Part shown: positions 28,401 through 32,000 of the stretch, one piece after another
How positions within the stretch are numbered: position 1 is the stretch's first letter
Layout of the letters: every line of letters starts with the position of its first letter
Source of the DNA: Candidatus Saccharimonadota bacterium
Lineage (GTDB): Bacteria > Patescibacteriota > Saccharimonadia > Saccharimonadales > Saccharimonadaceae
DNA: 32,000 nt
NCBI GenBank assembly: GCA_023898645.1
Contig: CP060232.1
Location: forward strand, 1,102,347-1,134,346
Direction of reading: 5' to 3'
Program-made: the position numbers and the translations under genes
The notes under the pieces: model-generated
What the model was told of the DNA's origin: nothing
The model's input: only the letters and a program-made list of their open reading frames with translations
The model's database searches: none

Positions 28401-28702
28401 CGTTCGGACACGACATACCGGGTATGTCGGCACCTAGCAGCTTTCATGACACCACGCATTGGCAAAAACTTCCCGATGGAAGCGCGCAGCAAGGCGATGT
28501 CATAGTCTGGAACGGTCACGTAGAAATAATTAAAAGCAAAGATGGCAACGGCTATACGACGTTTGGTGCACACACCCACCACGCGAATAATCAAGAGGCA
28601 GATATTAGTGGAGGGAGTTATGGTTTACATGGAGAAGGTCAAGGCGACGCCTATGACGGAGTTTATCGATACGTAGGTCCGGGAGCGAGTAAATCAGTAT
28701 GA
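25493..28702 (+). CDS. Large membrane-anchored surface protein, paralog B, with a C-terminal NlpC/P60 cysteine peptidase domain (VirB1-function analogue)
   Basis: 1069 aa with a disordered acidic/polar N-terminus, one TM helix (AAGLVIGGFFGVSVIMVPGSLLV) and a large ectodomain colinear with 10639..13926. The C-terminal NlpC/P60 signature is NPFDCSSLVMASVVAAFGHDIPGMSAP...QQGDVIVWNGHVEIIKS...FGAHTHH, with the Cys codon at 28367..28369. Confidence 0.8.
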   Translation: MALTTKGGIPDQDNGNHNPSEFDSSDTARGLSQLENHPDNPSDDDSEQGIQNAENFANSDSSNGNPFDSYYKKKMGGNKSGQHIDTHGDTVQDNPNADTPNLKEREENPGSLYKSGEESSVNPKSGGRWKSKFLSNAKRYGASGGAAGLVIGGFFGVSVIMVPGSLLVTIEKAITNDSSDSTRTNISFRRAYVSKLFNKGNSSTGSKIEDKLTSMSEGQKARFEKEGFKVELNTKGKIKSMKFPDGTLVKDGASFNSHAENTVEGRRATSNVLDVRSAFFENQKFKDVLKNFNIEKGKRLKPSEDADPAKRKKAIDESFDENTKLKAENTSDPKAVDSRVKDLESKTVESSSLKSKVTEITDKAGKAALAALPISTVCASYNVARLTTATIKAEWIYQLVSFAYPFVRAAAQIEDQGDIEPSVVENLANRLTWYDPNKTLPSPDPSLPGSKAGDPNPKYNLTAMDSQGLQMAIYGDFSGLTQFAKNYTSWGWEVSVNSIANKYINLVRSVAGSKQNVKDICLGAKLVNEAATIQCAAGPVAAALCVAGVLVLPTVGKIAAGALAAELAKPALAFLARVDLSSTTQGVDAGNALAAGIGLLLSNSTLGSGLRPVGGTSKAQMLQKIKGFIADTNETNYKYTTQLALDEAKRNQFDVSNQYSFMGQIASQLNPYLNGDGTFFSRIASMVRVIGTSFSKLPTSANALFSQPSNMTLEDGINGDPASNRINKCADQDMETIGAACDWSGRIIGYTTNNVLQGLNQIANNKIAGGSDILTKSINFMINDKTEYRDPTTGVSKTIDGDINQDTGETISHSNFENYIKYCVERKSPNNGTVPIGSSVESIAEDDGNWFDGERCLGKDNKDQTMLDSFATYYNWCYVQYATAERMTDCVHNTPEANNAANVSSDCGDGSTGSIYSCALQFDPYAYSYGAGHDEYGKVSWYQNFKTNTPSPNSNPFDCSSLVMASVVAAFGHDIPGMSAPSSFHDTTHWQKLPDGSAQQGDVIVWNGHVEIIKSKDGNGYTTFGAHTHHANNQEADISGGSYGLHGEGQGDAYDGVYRYVGPGASKSV

Positions 28703-29166
28703 AAAAACGAATTATTATCGTCGCGGTTGTCTTGATTCTTGGCGCAATGGGAATATACTTCTTTATTTTGCATAATAAACAGTCAAGCGAAGAAAATACG
28801 CCGACAAAAACGACCGTGCCAATCGGCGAAACAGTAACTCCAAATAAAACACCCGACGGTACACCTACGAAAACTCCTGCTTCCATACCGCCGCCAACGA
28901 CGCAACAATTATATGATGTGATCACGCAAAACGATGCCGTGCCTATAAAAGAAAATGGGCAGCCCGATTTTGGCATTACGAATGTTAAACAACCTCTGTC
29001 AGGCTGGTTTATCGTGACGATTCGCAAAAATGGTCTTGAACCAGCAAAAGTTATATTAAAACAAACGGGTAATTCCAGTAGCCCACTAACGGTCGTGGCA
29101 GGTCCCGGCACATCCTTCCCGCCGAGCGATGTGTCTCTTCCTGATGCGGTAAGGAGGGCGTTGTAA
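28699..29166 (+). CDS. Small bitopic membrane protein of unknown function
   Basis: 155 aa with N-terminal TM helix IIIVAVVLILGAMGIYFFIL, a T/P-rich tether and a globular part of about 80 aa. The start overlaps the upstream stop (ATGA) and its stop overlaps the next start (TAATG), which suggests tight translational coupling within the operon. Confidence 0.6.
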   Translation: MKKRIIIVAVVLILGAMGIYFFILHNKQSSEENTPTKTTVPIGETVTPNKTPDGTPTKTPASIPPPTTQQLYDVITQNDAVPIKENGQPDFGITNVKQPLSGWFIVTIRKNGLEPAKVILKQTGNSSSPLTVVAGPGTSFPPSDVSLPDAVRRAL

Positions 29167-30536
29167 TGAAAAGTAGTTCCCGCGCCAGCGACGTATTACA
29201 AAAGATGAAGATTTTGTTCCTGTTGTTTGTCTGTGCAATCAATGCCAATATGTCACCACTCGCACACGCCGTAAATGCAAATAGCAACCAAGAAGCGGCA
29301 GATCTTGAAAGGCGATACCGTGAAACGAATGACGTTTTATATTATGACCATAGTTGCTCCAGTTCGAGTTCTAGTTCTTCTAGTTCGGCAACGGCCGGAC
29401 TTGGCGATGCCGGCGGTTGTGGAGTCAATGGCGGTAATGACCCGGCAAACGTGAATCAAGTATGGACATATCTGGTCGGGCAATTCGAGGCAAAGGGCTT
29501 TTCGGAACAAGATGCGCAAAATGCAGCTGCTGGTGTTATGGGTAACTGGATGCAAGAAAGCAGTCTTAATTCCTATGTTTCTGGTGGTCAGGGTTGCGGT
29601 AGTAGTGCAGCTTTTGGTATCGCCCAATGGTGCGGTGATCGTATTACTAAGGCGAAGGAATTCATTGCATCACAAGGAAAATCAGAGGATTGCCTTGGCG
29701 CTCAAATCCAATATGCATGGAGTGAGTTAGAGGGTGGATATTCTAGTGTTATCGATAACATGAAAGGTAAAAGTGCGAGTGAAGCCGCATTGATATTTGA
29801 CCAACAGTTTGAAAAGTCGACCGATCAACAACATGGTAATAATAACCGTGAAAATAATGCTGCGAACATTTTTGCCGTACAAACAGGAGCAGCACCCGCA
29901 AGTACACTTGGTAGCAGTACGCCAGGCGCAGGATCTTCAAGTAGTTCCAGTTCGTCGTCGTCATGCGGTTCGGCAGCTACTGATAATGGCGAGTGTCAAA
30001 ACCCTTTTCGAGATCTAAAGAATTCAGGTGTATCGAGACTCGACGGCGGTTATGATTACGGCGGGCCAAGCGGAGAGGGACCGATATATGCAGCTTGTCC
30101 TGCAAAAATCATATTAGTGCGCACTTCAGGTTCCGGTTGGCCAGGATTAGGAACTAGTAGCGGAGGGGCATACATCAAATATCAGATGACAGCAGGCAAG
30201 GCAAAAGATCTCTATATGTTCATATCAGAAGACTGTACACCAAAGGTCAAAGAAGGGGATACTGTCGACACCAGCACTCCTATTTGCTATTACAAAGACC
30301 AGGGCACACAACTTGAAACAGGCTGGGCCTCTGGTGGCGGGGGAACGGGATATGTTGAGTGGTCGGATTACAACTCGCATGGCGGCGGCAACTGGGCATC
30401 TAACTCGGGTGTTGATGTCGATCAATTTCTACAGTCTCTCGGATTGCCGCACGACAATGTCAACGCCGGACCAAGTACGACAGGCGTCCCGCCAGGATGG
30501 CCGAAGTGGACCACGGGAGGTAATATAAATGATTAA
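29166..30536 (+). CDS. Secreted peptidoglycan hydrolase candidate (phage-tail-lysozyme-like / lytic glycosidase-like domain) with a C-terminal domain of unknown function
   Basis: A strong RBS AGGAGGG lies 7 nt upstream. The signal peptide ends LAHA, and poly-Ser linkers are present. The domain reads AAAGVMGNWMQESSLNSYVSG...FGIAQWCGDRITKAKEFIASQGKSEDCLGAQIQYAWSELEG...ASEAALIFDQQFEKS. This matches the G-x-(M/I)GN-x-x-x-ES...GI-x-QW...R...QL/QI-x-(F/Y)-x-x-x-EL...F-x-x-x-(F/Y)E pattern of phage-tail-lysozyme-type muramidases. Confidence 0.55.
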   Translation: MKSSSRASDVLQKMKILFLLFVCAINANMSPLAHAVNANSNQEAADLERRYRETNDVLYYDHSCSSSSSSSSSSATAGLGDAGGCGVNGGNDPANVNQVWTYLVGQFEAKGFSEQDAQNAAAGVMGNWMQESSLNSYVSGGQGCGSSAAFGIAQWCGDRITKAKEFIASQGKSEDCLGAQIQYAWSELEGGYSSVIDNMKGKSASEAALIFDQQFEKSTDQQHGNNNRENNAANIFAVQTGAAPASTLGSSTPGAGSSSSSSSSSSCGSAATDNGECQNPFRDLKNSGVSRLDGGYDYGGPSGEGPIYAACPAKIILVRTSGSGWPGLGTSSGGAYIKYQMTAGKAKDLYMFISEDCTPKVKEGDTVDTSTPICYYKDQGTQLETGWASGGGGTGYVEWSDYNSHGGGNWASNSGVDVDQFLQSLGLPHDNVNAGPSTTGVPPGWPKWTTGGNIND

Positions 30537-30547
30537 GGATATACAGT

Positions 30548-31975
30548 ATGTCTCCGACTAAGCAACGAACGATACTTTTCTATACGGTCATGGGTATATT
30601 TGCAGTGGCAGCGATTTGGGCGTTATTTCTGTACTTTACATCGGCAACGCTTACGATCACGACAAACAGCGCTTCAAATACAATCCTTGTCCACGAAAAC
30701 AGCCCGACAAAACGCAATATCGAATTAAATCAAAACAAAAACCAGGCAAGCGTACAGGTAGAAGCCGGGAATTATACTGTGACGATTCAAAATAAAGCCA
30801 CCTCCACAAGTCAGATCGTAAATCTGAAAATGGGCGAGCGTAAGTCGATAATACTCAACCTTGAAACCGCAGAGCTGGGGGTAACTACACCTTCGGTCGT
30901 CACCAGCCTGGGCGCTGGAAATATCACCGCCGCAAGTGATCACCTGACTTTTATCGACAAAAACAATCCTAATAGACCGCTATACACCGTGAATATAGCA
31001 AATCGCACCTCATTACTTGATGGCGGACACAATTACACTTCCGTGAAGTGGGCGGATCCATCATTCGGTATTGGTCTCGTGACTTTTGGTTCGGTGAAAT
31101 ACGGTCTCGTAAAAATAAGCGGGCAAACAATCACCAACATTACGTTACCGTTCACCGCGACAAAAGCAATTACCTATGCAATATCGCCGAACCGTACTTG
31201 GTATATCTCCGACGGTAGTATCGTTTATAAAGCAAATGGCGACGGATCATTTACGAAAATATATACGACAAATGATACCGTTAGGGTTGAATCTGCTTCA
31301 AACAATGCCGTTCTACTTACGCATCTTGCAAAAAATTCCATTCGTGTCGACAGCTTAATATCGCTTCATAGCGATGGGACGAAATATCAAATCGAAGGTG
31401 AGTTATATGAGTCAGTGTGGTCGCCGCTTGGTGACAAACTTGTTATCAGTAGTGATGACGATACTGGTATATACGACAGTACTCTACATAGTCTATCTCC
31501 ACTACCACGTGGTAATGTCATTTCTCCTGTTTGGCTTGATGATACGACACTGTTTTATGTCATCGGTAGCGACGTCTGGCGCTACGACACAACGAGTAAA
31601 AAGGCGAGTATTGTGACGTCAGTCGATAGTTCGGTTGGTTCATTCTCTTCAATAACACCCGATAACAGTGGAAATTACCTCTATATATCCGTATACCGTT
31701 CAGGTTTTACACAGCCGACCTTTGGACTCGATCGAATCAGTTTAAAGGGTAAACCTCTATTAAACACCACGACAGCAGGTCGCTTGAATATTATATTTCC
31801 TCATGTCGACAGTATATGTACCATCAACTTTATGAATTTCACTTCAATTAGCGTACTTATTAGCCAAACAGCTACCAATCAAAGTTGTTATGCGACAGCA
31901 AAAAATGCAATCACTGACTCTCGGATTCTCGATGCTTCAGTAATCTCAAAACTCAATTATCAACGTATTCAATAA
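30548..31975 (+). CDS. Membrane-anchored protein of unknown function, possibly with beta-propeller (TolB/PD40-like) repeats
   Basis: 475 aa with N-terminal TM helix ILFYTVMGIFAVAAIWALFLYF. Recurrent segments are reminiscent of PD40 repeats: ISPNRTWYISDGSIVYKANGDG, WSPLGDKLVISSDDDTGIYD and ITPDNSGNYLYISV. The RBS AAGGA and an 11-nt gap after the hydrolase gene support co-transcription. Confidence 0.45.
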   Translation: MSPTKQRTILFYTVMGIFAVAAIWALFLYFTSATLTITTNSASNTILVHENSPTKRNIELNQNKNQASVQVEAGNYTVTIQNKATSTSQIVNLKMGERKSIILNLETAELGVTTPSVVTSLGAGNITAASDHLTFIDKNNPNRPLYTVNIANRTSLLDGGHNYTSVKWADPSFGIGLVTFGSVKYGLVKISGQTITNITLPFTATKAITYAISPNRTWYISDGSIVYKANGDGSFTKIYTTNDTVRVESASNNAVLLTHLAKNSIRVDSLISLHSDGTKYQIEGELYESVWSPLGDKLVISSDDDTGIYDSTLHSLSPLPRGNVISPVWLDDTTLFYVIGSDVWRYDTTSKKASIVTSVDSSVGSFSSITPDNSGNYLYISVYRSGFTQPTFGLDRISLKGKPLLNTTTAGRLNIIFPHVDSICTINFMNFTSISVLISQTATNQSCYATAKNAITDSRILDASVISKLNYQRIQ

Positions 31976-32000
31976 TAGATAGTATCATAAGTCCAATACT

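Noticed and set aside
28605-29111. 168-aa minus-strand ORF spanning the junction of two + strand genes
   Set aside because: It overlaps the NlpC/P60 gene end and the translationally coupled 155-aa gene. It has no recognisable motif and is probably spurious.
29980-30536. C-terminal domain of the 456-aa hydrolase as an M23/LytM metallopeptidase
   Set aside because: The local pattern (DGGYDYGG...PIYA...KEGDTVDTSTPI) resembles the M23 beta-fold. The HxxxD and HxH zinc ligands are absent, so no active M23 call can be supported. At best it is a degenerate or unrelated domain.

Overview
The window reads as a chromosomal segment from a small-genome, monoderm-type bacterium. The protein style fits Saccharibacteria/TM7 or a related Patescibacteria (CPR) lineage: TP- and GS-rich linkers, a PrgI-type VirB3, many small T4SS-pilin paralogs, comFC, and tRNAs with encoded CCA. 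This lineage call is inference, since no database search was possible. Positions 1-3.8 kb hold ordinary genes: a DUF1211/TMEM175-like channel, a CPBP protease, two tRNA-Ser genes, comFC and an Hsp20. From about 1.8 kb to the right edge the window is dominated by a roughly 28-30 kb type IV secretion system (T4SS)-like locus. It contains eight VirB2/TrbC-like pilin paralogs, seven of them in one minus-strand array and one fused to a cysteine-rich ectodomain of about 290 aa. It also contains two paralogous VirB6/TrbL-like polytopic proteins and two paralogous surface proteins of about 1,100 aa, one ending in an NlpC/P60 peptidase. The remaining components are a PrgI/VirB3-like protein, a VirB4 ATPase preceded by a small VirB4-N-domain-like ORF, a lysozyme-like secreted hydrolase, and several bitopic or secreted proteins of unknown function. 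One of those is a secreted alpha/beta-hydrolase that sits between the two modules. I saw no VirD4 coupling protein, relaxase, VirB11, outer-membrane core (VirB7/9/10), integrase, transposase, rRNA or CRISPR in the window. All family calls rest on motifs I recognised by eye; none has been checked by HMM or BLAST.
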